Origin: Sphyrna mokarran
Lineage: Eukaryota
Reading direction: 5' to 3'
DNA length: 64,000 nucleotides
Assembly (NCBI GenBank): GCA_024679065.1
Contig: JAGIQG010000012.1
Location: forward strand, 44,206,001-44,270,000
Made by a program: the position numbers and the translations under genes
Notes under the pieces: generated by a model
The model's database searches: none
What the model saw: only the letters and a program-made list of their open reading frames with translations
What the model was told of the DNA's origin: nothing
Shown here: piece by piece, positions 11,430 through 25,171 of the stretch
How positions within the stretch are numbered: the stretch's first letter is position 1
Layout: the number at the start of each line of letters is the position of its first letter

Positions 11430-13710
11430 ATACTGACAACATATTGATAGAAGTGGAGATGGTAGGTGGAATGAAAATTGATTAGTAGGATGTGTGTTAT
11501 ACTTAGGAGTGGATAAGCTGACTGTCCTGGATGGCTTGCATCTCAGGTTGCTTGGAAAGTTGAGGTGGGGATAGCAGAACAGCTTGCTTTAATCTTCTAA
11601 CCTTTTCTAATTAAGTGGAGAGGAGCCAAAATATTAGAAAATGGTAAATGTGATACCCTTGTTCAAGAAAGAGTGTACGGACACTCTATAACTACAGATG
11701 GGTCAGTTTAGCATCAGTGTGAGGTTTTAGAAATAACGGGGGAGGGGGAGGGTGCGGGGGGAGGTGAGGGAAGTAATATGCACTTGGAGAAGTTTGAGTT
11801 ACTTAAGGAGAACCAGCATGGATTTGTATGGATAAGATGATGTTTGTAACAAAGAAGAAGATTCAGTGGATACCATGGCCTGAATTACAACATGCAGCTC
11901 CTGCGTATCAATCTGGGGCATATTCTGATCTCCCTGCAGGTGTTGCCCTTCTGATAAACGGGCACCTGATGCCAAAAGGGGTTGGTTGGGATGGGAACCT
12001 TCTCCTGGGCCTGGCAAGACATGCCATCAATAGGTCTAGGCAGGGGAAAATGACAGGGTCATCCATCCTAACCTCACGGGTAGAGTTGACATTTTCCCCA
12101 CCTGCTGGGCACCACAGGGACTGAGGTGTATTATTGACCCCAACAATCACCTCCTGATTTCATGTTTAAGTTTCCTTTGTACTTGTTTTCTTGTTTGGAC
12201 TGTTCCTCCTCCCTTTGTTTTTATGTTAATGAGTTAGTTTATTTGATTCACATTAAAAGAAATACTGATAACATATTATTAGAAGTGGAGATAGTAGCTG
12301 GAATGAAAATGATTAGTAGGATGTGGGTTATACTCAAGAGTAGACAAGTTGAATGTCCTGGATGGCTTGCATCTCAGGTTGCTCGGGAAGTTGAGGTGGG
12401 GATAACAGAAGGGTTTGCTTTAATTTTCTAACCTTTCCTGTTTAAATGGAGAGGAGCCAAAATATTAGGGAGTGGCAAATGTGATACTCTCCTTCAAGAG
12501 TGTACAGACATTTTATAATTAGAAATTGGTCAGTTTAGGATCAGTGTTGAGGTTTTAGAAACAACAGGGGAGGGGGGAGGGGGAAAGAGATGTAGTATGC
12601 ACTTGAAGTTTGAGTTAATTAAGGAAAACCAGCATGGATTTGTAGAAATAAGATGGTGCTTGTAACAAAGAAGAATGACGAAGAAGATTCAGTGAATGTC
12701 TTTTATATGGATTTTTAAAAGTACTATATCAATGACTAGTTAACACAATTACAGTTCATTGGTCATTGTCAGTTTGGATTTTTAAAAAATGGCTTAAGCA
12801 GAAAATGAGTCATGGAAAGTGGTTGTTTCTCAGTCTGCAGGATAGCAGACAGTAAAGCTCTCTTAGAGTCAGTGCTTGACTTGGGAAAGTGTAAAATTTC
12901 AAAATGCATATAGAATACTGAAATTGAGGTGTGGCAAACAATGAGGAAGATATCATTTGACTGCAAGAGTACATAGATCAGCTAGCAGATGGAATTTAAT
13001 ACAGAGAAGTGAGAGGCAGATAAGTCAGTAAGGATTGGGAGAGGCATTGTTTGCTGAATGACACAGTTCTAAAGTGTACAGGGGCAGAAGGATCACAATG
13101 GGTATTTGTATAGATCTTTGAAGATGGCAAGGCATTTTGAAAGTAGTTTGCAAAGCACACAGGATCTTAGGGTTTCAAAAATTGAAGTATTGACTATAAA
13201 AGCAGGAAGTTATGCTGAATTTTTATAAAGACCTGGTAAAACCCCAACTGGATTATTATAAACAGTGCTGGTCACCACACTTTCGTAAGGACGTGAAGAT
13301 CCTCAAGAAGTTGTAGAGATTTTCCAGAATGATTCCAGGTTTCAGATATTTGAGCTATAAGGTTAGGTTGGAGAATTCTCCTTGGAGCAAAAGAAATGTG
13401 GGGTCTAATAGAGGTGTACAAAATGACAAGCTTAAATAAGATAAAAATATTCCCATAAGCTGATGCCACAGGATACAGGCTTAAGATTTAGGGCAAAACT
13501 TACAGGGGAATATGAGGAAGAACATTTTTATGCAGTGAATGGAAATGACTCTGAATTAGTTGGCCCAAGGATAGTGAAGCAGAGATAATCAATGATTTCA
13601 AAAAGAAATTGGATATGCACCAGAAAAATGAACTTGCATGACTACATGTGTAGAGAAGCAGAATAGGAATGATTATGTTGCTTGATGGGCTGAATGGCCT
13701 ACCGTACCAT
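11430..13710 (+). mobile_element. Old degenerate CR1 LINE with an internal duplication and insertion
   Basis: Decayed RT motifs (ccagcatggattt, tatatggatttt, gaatttaatacag) and a gatgggctgaatggcct 3' motif. Confidence 0.75.
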
Positions 13711-15639
13711 AATAAATCCAGCCCACAAAGGGTAGGCATGGAAAGTGGTATAATAATGTTGGTAAGTTTGCATTTAACTAATGTAGAAATAGATGGGAGT
13801 CAGTAAAATAGCATTGTGTCATTTTAAGGGATTTCTGAAGCAGTGAGCCCCCACATCCCATGGGCAAACTGCCAGCTTCATGGAAGCAGCCATTCTACAA
13901 GAGTCCAAGAGCCAGCATTACCTTAGTCTCCAGATCCACAGAGAATGCCAAGGCAGAGCCCTCGGTCCCAAAAATCCTTTGAGGAGCATACCCCCCAGTT
14001 GACAGGACCTCTTCCTCAGCCATCCTAAATTTTAATTTATACTTATCCCTACAAGATCTTCAAACTGCCTCAATTTAGAAACAATGGAGGGTGGAAGTAA
14101 TATGCGCTTCTCCCAGTTCCGCTGCTGGGCTTCAGAGCTGTAACAACATAAGGGACCAACCTACTGCAGGCCTGTGGGTGATCTTTTAGTAGCCTGTTCA
14201 CAGTAAAAATCATTGAATCAAACCTACTGCCAGCAAGTGGAGGTTTAGGATCTAATGTCAGGGTTCCAAAGCATGCAGCAAAATTCAGCCTTATGACTTA
14301 ATCCCTTAATATCCTTACTTCTAATTCATCTCCCAGTGTTTCACCAGTGTCTGTTTTTATGGCCATCTCAGACAGTCGATTCTATATCTTCAGAGCCATT
14401 TTTGTGAAGACATTTTTTATATTTGGTGTCAACCTGTAAGTGTTTGGACTTTAAAGACACATTCCCTTCTTCTGGATTCTCTTAAGAACAATTTTCCTAC
14501 CTACTTTCCCATTACTCGTGTGTTTCAAACACTTTAATCACATCACCCCTAGCATCTCTAGCTTTGGAGAATAAGAAACAAGTTTAGAGTGTTTCAATTC
14601 ACTGTTAATTTCAGAGAATGTTAATTCAAATCCCACTATGGCAGTTTGACCATTTGAGTTCTGTTCATAATCTGGAAATAAAAAGTTGCAGTGATTATGA
14701 AACAGATGTTATGAAATAAAGACAGTTCATTTATATACTTATGAAAGAAAATCTTGTTGGTTCTCAGTCTTGTTTTTGTGAGTCCTGTCCTATAGCAACA
14801 CAGCAAACTCAACTGTTGCCTGAAATGACCTAGTATGTCATTTCTTTGTATCAAACAAGTAAAAGGCTGATCGTCATCTTTCTAGTTCAACTAGGGAAGG
14901 GCAATAAATACCAGTAACATTCACATCCCCCCCCCAAAAAAAAATTGTGGAAAATCTTGAGAAATTGAGGAGTCTGTCAAAATTTGCCTTTCATGACGTA
15001 CAGAATATCTTGTGGGGCTGTGTATCCTCATCATGCACTCGAGTTCCCAACATGCAAGGTGGTATGTAGTCTATTCTTGTATCTCTAAGTGTTTTATTCC
15101 TTCCTTCTTGTAGTGGAATTGGAAAGGCAGTGATCATTTATAAGTTCTGCTCGATGGTATCTTTGCATATTCGAAGGGATTGAAGTCCTTTGTGACTGTA
15201 GAAGTCTTCTCTGAGATCCAATATTTAATGGGAGCATAAAACCTAATATCACCTCTTGCTGCTTCACTCAGAAGTTAAAAAAAATGTTCCTCCCATTAGG
15301 GTGAGATGTTTCATCCAACAATGGGAATGATGCTTTTGGAGCAGAACAAGAGATCTTTTCCTATTCTTTTGGTTATCTGACCAGACAGTGCTTGAAACTG
15401 CTACATTTTTTAAAAAAAATGCAGCTTTGATACAAGTTGTGAAAAATGGCTATTAAATGTTACATGTTGTAGAATATGGATTCTAGGTTGAATACTGAAT
15501 TGGGTTACATTATAGATAAGAGGTGGTTATTAATCCTATCAGCTCTGCTTGGAACTACTTTGTAATCCCACAAGCATCCACTGCTCTTCACAATTCTTAA
15601 TGATCAACACAACCGCATTGGCAAGAGCATCAACAAGTT

Positions 15640-16000
15640 TGCTTGTGACATGCAGTTAGGGAACTATACTAATTAATTAGATACTGAGCAGAAAAACCTA
15701 GAAGTTTGGAGACGCATTAACAGTGGCAATATGCTGTTACAAAAATATATAAACTGGTTTCATCTCAAGAGTATAGCTCTCAACTTGTACAAGGTTTTGG
15801 CCTGGTTTAGTTTAGAATACTGTCTCCAGTTGTGGTTCCTTCACAAAGTGGGGTATAGAGGTTCTGAAAATTATTCAAAGGAGGCTCACTTTTTTGATAA
15901 TTAGTTTTTAAGAGTCCTCAGCTTAGAGAAGTTGACTTTTTTTACTCAAGTACAGATTTTGAGGCAATATGATTGAGGTCTTTAAAATAACATTGGGATT
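15640..16000 (+). mobile_element. Very old CR1/L2 fragment
   Basis: aagtttgc..gtgac and ttgtacaaggttttg...ttagaatactgt remnants. Confidence 0.55.
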
Positions 16001-16454
16001 ATATTCTATCCAAGTGGTCAACTCTCAACATTCCTTAAAATACAAGTTTTATGACAAGATTTATAAGATAAGATTTTTCTAGCCAGTAGCATTTGCAACT
16101 GACAGAGTTAGGCAGGACATTAACAGCTAGCTGACAAAAGTGGCCATATAATGTTCAGGTCTAATCAGTATCAACATTTTAAAGCTCTGTAATGTGGCAA
16201 TCATTGGCCACCCTCGAATGCAACAAGGATTACTGGTACGGGAAATTAAAATATCAATGCACATAATTTATGTCACTTTAGATTAATATATATTATTGTT
16301 AAACATTTCAATCTTGTATCAAATCTACTGAAGTTGAATTCCTGAAAAATCAGCAAGGGTCTTTCTATGGGTGATAAATTTACTAATTATAAAGCAGTTA
16401 GAAAGCAAATATGACGTATTGAGGCAAAAGTTCCTATAATGTACACAAACTGCA

Positions 16455-17566
16455 TTTAGCTCTAAAACAGAAGGTTTATTGAAACTTATACAAGAATACC
16501 CATGGCACAATAAGTTTTAAAAGCATTTAATGACATCGCACATTTTAACAGATAGGGTAAAGTCTACAGGTGCAGTCCCATACAACTGAAAGCCTGTTGT
16601 ACTACATGACTACCGGCCCAGTCTTTGCAAGGATTCATTCCTATTATGTATCCTGATTGTGCAGTAAGATGACATTTTCATTACAATAGTTACAATGACA
16701 AATACACACTATGTATCAAATAGTAAGGTAATGTAGCAAAATTATGACACGCAGTGCTTTAGCCAACAAGCAAATAACCATTTGAGTAACATTACTTTTC
16801 CAGATAATGAATCCCCACTTCAACACTTAACATCAATGCTTGAAAGGTTTTAATATACATCTAAAGTTTTATACTTTGTACTAGAATTATTTGAAACATA
16901 CAGTATAATGCAATTGAGCAACAAAAAAAGTTAAAATTACAGATTATTTAAAAGTGAATCAGTATACTAATTCATTCTTATATACCAACATTCTTTATTC
17001 TCGCTTGCTGCACAAAGACCCAGCAGTTTCTGTGAATATCTGCTGCCAGGCTAACATGACTTTTTTTAATTAAAATGCAAATTAATGCACATTTGCCTTT
17101 TGTTATAGCAAAGATGATACAATATATTTTTTAAATAAATGGAAATTTCTACTAGCCAAGACTGAGGATAGCAACTTTAATAAATTGAATTGGACAAGTA
17201 TTTTGGATCTTTTTAATACAATTTCCATGTGCACAATAAGAGTTTTCAAAAGCACCGCTGCCTTGCATTCCAGTAGCACATGGATGTAGGTTGTTTTATT
17301 TCCAAGACAGCCTCACAAAATTGAGGAGAAATTTAGATATTTGGACCCTAAACTACATACAAATCATCAACAACTGGTCCTTTCATTTTTAAATGAAAAT
17401 TGCCCAATGCACCTCATTTTCTACAGATTAGCAACACACTGATGCTTTCTGTGAATTAAAATTAACTGGCTTGAGGGACATTAGGCACAGTGTGTAATGT
17501 ACTGGTTCTAAACGCTCATGCTAGAGTTTTGTTGGTAATGTAAGAAGTGCAGGCTGCTGAGTTGCT
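16455..17566 (-). other. SPTBN1: Probable 3' UTR of the long isoform
   Basis: Repeat-free AU-rich tract after the stop. Minus-strand AATAAA at 17295-17300, 16994-16999 and 16475-16480; the end position is inferred. Confidence 0.6.
16475..16480 (-). terminator. Candidate polyadenylation signal AATAAA
   Basis: tttatt on the plus strand, followed on the minus strand by U/GU-rich sequence (gtttgtgtac). Confidence 0.55.
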
Positions 17567-17782
17567 CTACTTCTTTTTGCTAAACAGACTGAATCGTTTC
17601 TCTTTGTCTTTCTCTTTATCTTTTTCTCGTCTACCAGGACTGGATTCACCAGCCAAAACGACACTAGCTGGCAGGGTCTGTGCACGGCTAGCTGCCGGGG
17701 TACTCTGGCTGCTTGGAATTGCCTCGCTCTTATCTGTAGACACAGCTGAAGTAATAGCTTGAATCCAACTGTTCATTTCCTC
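17567..17782 (-). CDS. SPTBN1: SPTBN1 terminal coding exon (EEMNSWIQAI...RFSLFSKKK*)
   Basis: 216 nt ending in TAG. Confidence 0.95.
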   Translation of the reverse strand, partial: EEMNSWIQAITSAVSTDKSEAIPSSQSTPAASRAQTLPASVVLAGESSPGRREKDKEKDKEKRFSLFSKKK

Positions 17783-18086
17783 CTATTTAAACAAAATAAG
17801 TAGTCACCAAGTTAAAAGATATTTTCATAGCACTGATATCAATACTCTGTCCTATTAATCAGTAAATAAATGTTGTGCGACTATGCGCAAAGTGCATTAC
17901 ACTGGAAGGGCTTTATACAGTTGGGAAAAATTCAAGTTAAGAAAAAAAGGTTTGTATACACAGAAACAAATGCTGAAAAACTAAGATTCAGGAAGATGTT
18001 AATGAACAATAAACTATCCAGTTTATTAAAATGTAAAAGAAGAAAATAAATGCCTTATTTTGTTTATGGCAGATTTAGAAACTTAC

Positions 18087-18129
18087 ATCATCTTTGGCTT
18101 GGAAGAGATATTCATTGCCATCGCTCAGC
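18087..18129 (-). CDS. SPTBN1: SPTBN1 PH-domain exon (LSDGNEYLFQAKDD)
   Basis: 43 nt, phase 2-0, donor gtaagt. Confidence 0.94.
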
Positions 18130-19695
18130 CTGTTTTGAACAAAAAGACACGCAGTATCTGTATTTGTTGTCGTTGCAAACTTAAACTAGCAGCAGCAAAG
18201 TTCCAGATTTGACTTACCAATTTTCAGTTGTGGTAGCCCCAAGCTAAGGTAGATAATAGTTTGTATGTATGTTTTGACAAGAGAGAGAGAGAGCAAGGAT
18301 GCTCTGACAATCAGCTAGCATGCTGATGATAAATACTTTCTACACAAAGAATGATATAAACGCACAAAATACTAAAGGACAACTACTATTCATAGAACTC
18401 CATCAATATCTTCTGGAGGTGAGGACTGAATGGAAAATAGATTGCTACACATCTGTGTATACTTGGTAGCACATGCTTGGATATTTGGAAAATACTAACA
18501 TCTATAAGAAATGTTTTCATTTTTGCATTCATTTAAAATTCTTGGTTAAACAGAAATGAGAATCATACATTAAATGCTAACTCCTAATCATTTTTTTTAA
18601 ATGCTGTTTTTCTCCATGTTATCAATTATTGGTAAGCCTGACCACATACCTTCATTACAAAGAATCCTATGAACTAAAAAGATTCAAGATTCAGTCATAA
18701 AGCTGAAATGAATTTACTGATCTCAGCAAGTGTAGAAATTTATACAATTTGCCTTAATGCCTCGGGGTTACAGAAGTATCAGGGTGCATGAATCACTATC
18801 CAGTTATCCCTACTAGTGCATGTGGTTGGATATTGGATAAAATGATTAGCTGCCCTTTTTGGTTTGACTACCTTGTTGATTGCCAGTCATTGTTGCAGCT
18901 GTCTCAGAATGGCGGCTATTGGTGTGGGGTACTAAAGGACATTAAGCATCAATGGAACTATCGCGAGGCAAGGAAAGGCAGTGCCTCTTGTAAAGGAGGA
19001 ATGATTACAATTTAGGAACCTTCAACTGCTTCCTACTGTTGCACAAAGCATTGCCTTAACTTCCTAGGCCACTCCAAAGTCATGAATGAAGATAAAGTGA
19101 AGCGTATTGAGACTACAGGTAAATGTGTTTGACTAATCAGCAGTTAGGTTGCCCTGTGTGAACCATATACATAAAAGGTACAGATGCAGTGAGTTCCTAG
19201 TATATTTAAAAAAAGAAATCCTTAAATTTATGAGAATCTAATATTTTAAACAACCATGTTTGTAGATCTATGTGAACAAACATAGCCATTCCTCAGCATA
19301 ACAATTTCTAAGAGGGGTCTGATTTTGCTGCATTTAATTTGGAATGATTACCCATTGTTTATTGAGAAAACAAAGATCAAAATTGTTAGAAATTTGCAAA
19401 GTTCACTTAGCCACTTCTTAACATCATTTTGGTACTATTTCATCTATGTTTGAATGACTTTTCACTTCAGTACTAAATATGTTAACCTATTATCACCTTC
19501 AGGTATTGACAGACCTGCTGCAAATTTCCTATTTTTATTTCAGATTTTCAGTATTCCTGTTTAAATTTTCCTCTCTGCTACATTTCATCTTTATTTAATA
19601 AAGGCTCATGCATCTTAAAAATACAGTGAGTTTAATCGATTTGGATCTCACATGACGTATCCAGCACAAAAAAACATGGAATAATAAAGCACTTA

Positions 19696-19911
<216 letters not shown>

Positions 19912-20424
19912 TTACCTTGTAATACATCAACTTTTATTGAATCAAATTTGCAATGATGAGACACTGCAAAGTTATTGGGTGGGATCTCTGATCTCGTCCA
20001 CACCTGCTCACTGCCAACAAGAATGGAGAATCTGGCACTCTGCCAAACTTCTATTTGCTCGGCTGCACCAAAAAATCTGAGCCAAGCTCGGCAGTTTTGG
20101 TGTTAATGTTGATTTTAAATGTTTACATTTCTCTCAAAGATCCAGGACTCATTCATACAGTTTCATGAGTACAATGAGCCTTCCATTAGTTTGCTCAAGT
20201 AGTCAATTATTCATGTGAATAGGCTGCTGACATTAACTATCATACAATAGTCAAATCTGATTCTGCCTTTATGCAACATCCCATAAATGCTTTTTTGTAT
20301 AGGTCACAGGATTCCTGGCTGGCTGACTGTCCCCTTTTTAGTTTCAACTGTAGGATCCAAATTTTAAACCTGACACACATCAACTGGCTCAGAACATACT
20401 GAGAATTGATTCAAGTACTTCGAT

Positions 20425-21535
20425 GTTGGATATTTTAATTTTCAAAAGGCATGTAATAAGGTGCCATACAAAATACCTGTGCAAGATTGGAGTTCATGAT
20501 GTTGGAGCTAATATTGTGCCATGGATAGAGAATTGACTAACAGGGAGCAAAGAATAGCAATAATGGGGTCTTTCTCAGGTTGAAGAGCAGTAACCAGTGA
20601 CATGAGGATCAGTGCTAGGACCGCGACTCTTTGTAGCATAAATTAATGATTTGGAGAATGGAACAGAGTGCACTGTGGCCAAATTGCAGAAGATACAAAG
20701 GTGTGAGGAGACAGATTGTAAGAGGGATACAAATGGTTTACAGAGATAGGTGACGGATTAGATGAGTGGCAGAAGATTGGCAAATGGAATCCAATGTGCA
20801 AAAATGTGAGATTTTTCATTTCAGAAAGAAGATGAGAAGGCAGGTTATTATTTAAATGGAGAAAGACTGCAGAAAATTGTAGCACAAAGGGAATTGTGAG
20901 TCCTTGTTCATGAAACCCAGAAAGTGTGCATATAGGTGCAGAAAATAAAAGGAACGCAAATGGAATCCTGGTTTTTATTTCAAGGGGGCTGGAATATATA
21001 AGCAAAGAGGTGTTGCTGCAACTGTACAAGGGCACTAGTGGGGCCTCATTTAGAATATTGTTTTGGTTTCCTTGTCTAAGGAAAGCTATGTTATCATTGG
21101 AGGCAGTACACAGGTTTGCTAGGATGACCCCAGGTATGCAGGGACTGACATACGAGGAAAGACTAAACAGGTTGGGCCTGCATTCCTTGTAGTTGGGCAA
21201 AATGAAAGGTGATATGATCGAAACATAACATTCTTAGGGGGTTAGACAGGGTAAATGTTGAGAGGATGTTTCCACTCATGGGAGTATGTTGGATCAGAAG
21301 TAGAGTCACAGAATAAGGAAGTGCTCCTTTAAGACTGGTTTGAGGAATAATTTCTTCTCTGGTAAATCTTTGGAATTTTTTACCCTAGGAAACTGTGGAG
21401 GCTGAGTCCTTGAACATTTTCAAGCCCGGGATATATTTTTAATCAATACAGGGATTAAGAGTTTTGGAGAGAAGGCAGAAAAATGAACTTAGATCAACTA
21501 AGATCTAATTAGATGGCAAGCAAGCTCAAGGGCTG
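20425..21535 (+). mobile_element. Degenerate CR1 LINE (intronic, antisense to SPTBN1)
   Basis: The ORF-track peptide ISRGLEYISKEVLLQLYK...YEERLNRLGL, plus decayed RT motifs. Confidence 0.85.
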
Positions 21536-21542
21536 AACTTAT

Positions 21543-21798
21543 TTTAAAGTTTATTTATTTGTGTCATAAGTAACACTGTAATGAAGTTACTGTGGAATTC
21601 CCCTAGCTGCCACTCTCTGGCGCCTATTCAGCTATACAGGGAGAATTTAGCATGGCCAACACACCTAACCAGCATGTCTTCTGGACTGTGGGAGGGAACC
21701 CACACAGACACAGGGAGGACATGCAAACTCTGCACAGACAATGAACTGAACCTGGCACTGTGAGGCAGCACTGCTAGCCGCTGTGCTGCCATGCGCCC
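21543..21798 (-). mobile_element. V-SINE, AATAAA-tail type
   Basis: Aligns with 2256-2557 and 9035-9300. Confidence 0.8.
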
Positions 21799-22279
21799 CC
21801 TGTCGTTTCTGTTTCTTATGGTCTGAAGTCATGAGCATAACAATTAGAATTATATTAATAGAAGCCCTTTATATGTATATTAGATGACTATACCATTACT
21901 TAATTTGTCTGTTGTGTAAGCTGTAGAACAGTATGTTTGAGCAACAGTGCTTGACAATATCATAAAGCACCTGCTGACAACTACAGAACAATATTGCCTT
22001 AAGCTGAATTATTACATTCTGCAAGTCCCCGCGCATGCCACATATAAGCCATTCTCTAAATTACAAAATAATTTCAAGGCCTGTGCATTATATAAACAGA
22101 TGAGAGAGTACATTACTACAGAGATATAAACAGAGACAAGGACAGAAGATTGGTGGGTGGAACTGAAAAAGCCTAGCAGCAAATTCCCCATCCTCTTGAC
22201 TACTTGAGGTGCAGGTCAGGGGAAGAAGAATTTCTACATCCTAAACAAAAAAAAAATTACATTAGAAAGCCCAAATTCA

Positions 22280-22564
<285 letters not shown>

Positions 22565-25079
22565 TCAACAGATAATAAACGAATCACTGTTTTAAATGTA
22601 GTCCAAAATATACTGAAACCAAATACACAAGGACACTGTATTTGCCATGCACTGAAAATGTAATTATTGGTTTTGTAAGACCTGATGAGTATTCAATGGA
22701 TTTGAGTCACAGTACAGCACAACATTCATTATTGAAGAATTTCTGTAACTGATGACCACTCCCTAAAGATTATGTGGGCAAATGCAGTGTTGCATTGAAT
22801 CATGTGAATAACTAGCATCCTAACTTAGATTATTATAGTGAGAATAGTACTGAAGAGATAACAGGACTTCTTTAACAAGTAGGGGAAAAATTAACCAGGA
22901 TCTGAACACCAGATCTGTGCTTGAATTGCATCTATATGGATATTGGATGAGAAGAGGAGCAAACACAATGTCATCATAGTGAAAATAGTTTGTGCCAACA
23001 TTTTTTTTTAGTTTATATATGAGGCAACTTTAGTGAGCTGCCAGCTACCAGACATGTGTATTTCAACATGATTTGTTGCCTGAGGAATTTTTCAAAACTC
23101 GTGAGTAGGGGTGTGCACTAAATTCCAGGCATGACTAATTTAAATGAAGAAAAGTGTTCCTTGTGAAAAATTTTATTTCTAAAATTGGGTAAATTTCTGT
23201 GTGAACTACCAAGAAGCTCATGTAACCATTGAGGTGGATATGATTGACATATAGAAGCAGTTTCTAACTGTGAAACAAATTTAAAGCATACTTGCACAAC
23301 AATATTCTTTTTCACCTTATGAGACTAAGCACACAGCAACTTTAACAGTTTACCTTGTCCAGGTCACTGTTATGAATATGGAATGAGTATAAACAAAGTC
23401 TCTAATGATATGTGATTTTCTTTTTCTAAAGTTAAAGCATTTAACAAACCATTTTAAAAAGCATTATTCTTCCTCTTTTTCTATTTTTCTGAAGTGGACT
23501 AAAATTAACACTTTACCACTTCACTTGTTCCTTGTACATCTTAAGGCAATCTAGAGGTGACGTTGCTGAGAGAATGCAGCTCTACACTGGCCTTCAAATA
23601 ATTAACAAACCACTCCAGTAAAATCAGAATAAAAACTGCTGTAACTGTACTTTTAAAGTGGACAGGAAAACTTATGAAAAGATTTGCATTTATTTTCAAA
23701 AATCAGCAAATAAATATATTATTCCCAAATAACCAGAGGCATTCATTTATCAAAAACTAATTCTAGATAAGTCTTCATACAAATACTCATGAGAAGGTGA
23801 GAAAAATTTTGACAGTGGTCTAAGGACAATATAAAATAAAAGATAAATGGTGAAAAATTTTAAAAACCTTGTACTATCCTCCCATTCTAATAACCTCCCC
23901 TTTGATGTAAGTTGAGTTATCCTTTAACTGAGACTTTGCTTATACTTATTCATTCTTTTCATTTAAGATATTGTTTAGGCATGCAGAATTTTCAATCTTT
24001 ATAGATCAATCATGCAGACCAACACCACCACCTAGGTTTAGTTGCTTTGTAGTTTGATCATAAACAGGAAGGAGCACAGTTCTCAATGCAAACAGCATTT
24101 TAAGCAGAGTAATTATCAATTTTTAATAACTATTATAGATTTGAAATTCAAGCCAAGAAAGTCACTCAAAACCAATACAGTTATTTACCCCCAAAACAGA
24201 CAGACCCAAGGTCTTGTCCATCACTTGCTTTGTTGTTCATGTTGCTTGCTGCAGTGTGATCCTGACAACCTAGAGAGCAGCCAAGCTTCCAGCAGCTCTG
24301 CAGTTTCTATCTGGACAGGGTATCTTCAGAAATCCAGTCATCCAAATTATTTTGAATTGTAATTCCACTAGATTTAGCCACAGAAATTCAGATCACTTGA
24401 TTCTTGTGCTATCAATACTTTTCTCTCGCTTTTCTGAATCGTATTTGTAAGGTGGATACAGCAGTTGGTGAGTCACACTGTGACCAGCATGTAATTAGCA
24501 AATTTACTACAACTAAGTACTTACACTTGTTTAATTAAAAATGGATCAAACACTGTGCAAAGAGATTTGCATACTCATGCCAGTACAACAGATTAAGACA
24601 ACATTTTGATTGCTTTATAATTCAGAAATATGTGCTGTATCTGAATTTACAATTCGAGTGGACTACAGCAATACTTCACTAATCTGATTGGTATCTCCAC
24701 AACTTTCTAACTTTTTCATTTAGCTCACAATCAATATAATCTTTTTAGACAATCAAATATGACTTTCCAACTTCAAACATGCAACTCATTTTTACAAAAG
24801 GGAAAACAAAAATTAGCTGCGTTATTCCAGTAGTATTTCATTCAAAAGTCTTCATGTTTTGCATCTATTACCTGTTTTAAACTGTTTTATAGTTTTAACT
24901 GGAAACTAGAAACAGCCACTCTCTAAATGTTCACATGAAAAATATGCCTTAATACCTCATTAAAATACTCTTTACAAAATGCCATACCAAAAGTTGATGC
25001 TAATACAATAAACAATTGCTAAATTCAGTGATTAATAACCCAATCACTTCTTTAAAATCATATTTTCTTACGATCAATC

Positions 25080-25171
25080 TTCCTTTGTCAATCCCTTTAA
25101 CTTGATTTTTCAGTGAATAATAACTCATTAATCACTGAAAAATCAAGTTGAGGGATTGACATACAAAGGAA
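25080..25171. repeat. Long inverted repeat / hairpin
   Basis: tgtcaatccct-tt-aacttgatttttcagtga [15 nt] tcactgaaaaatcaagtt-g-agggattgaca. Confidence 0.9.

Noticed and set aside
14900-15400. Possibly decayed coding sequence on the minus strand
   Set aside because: No motif could be assigned by eye.
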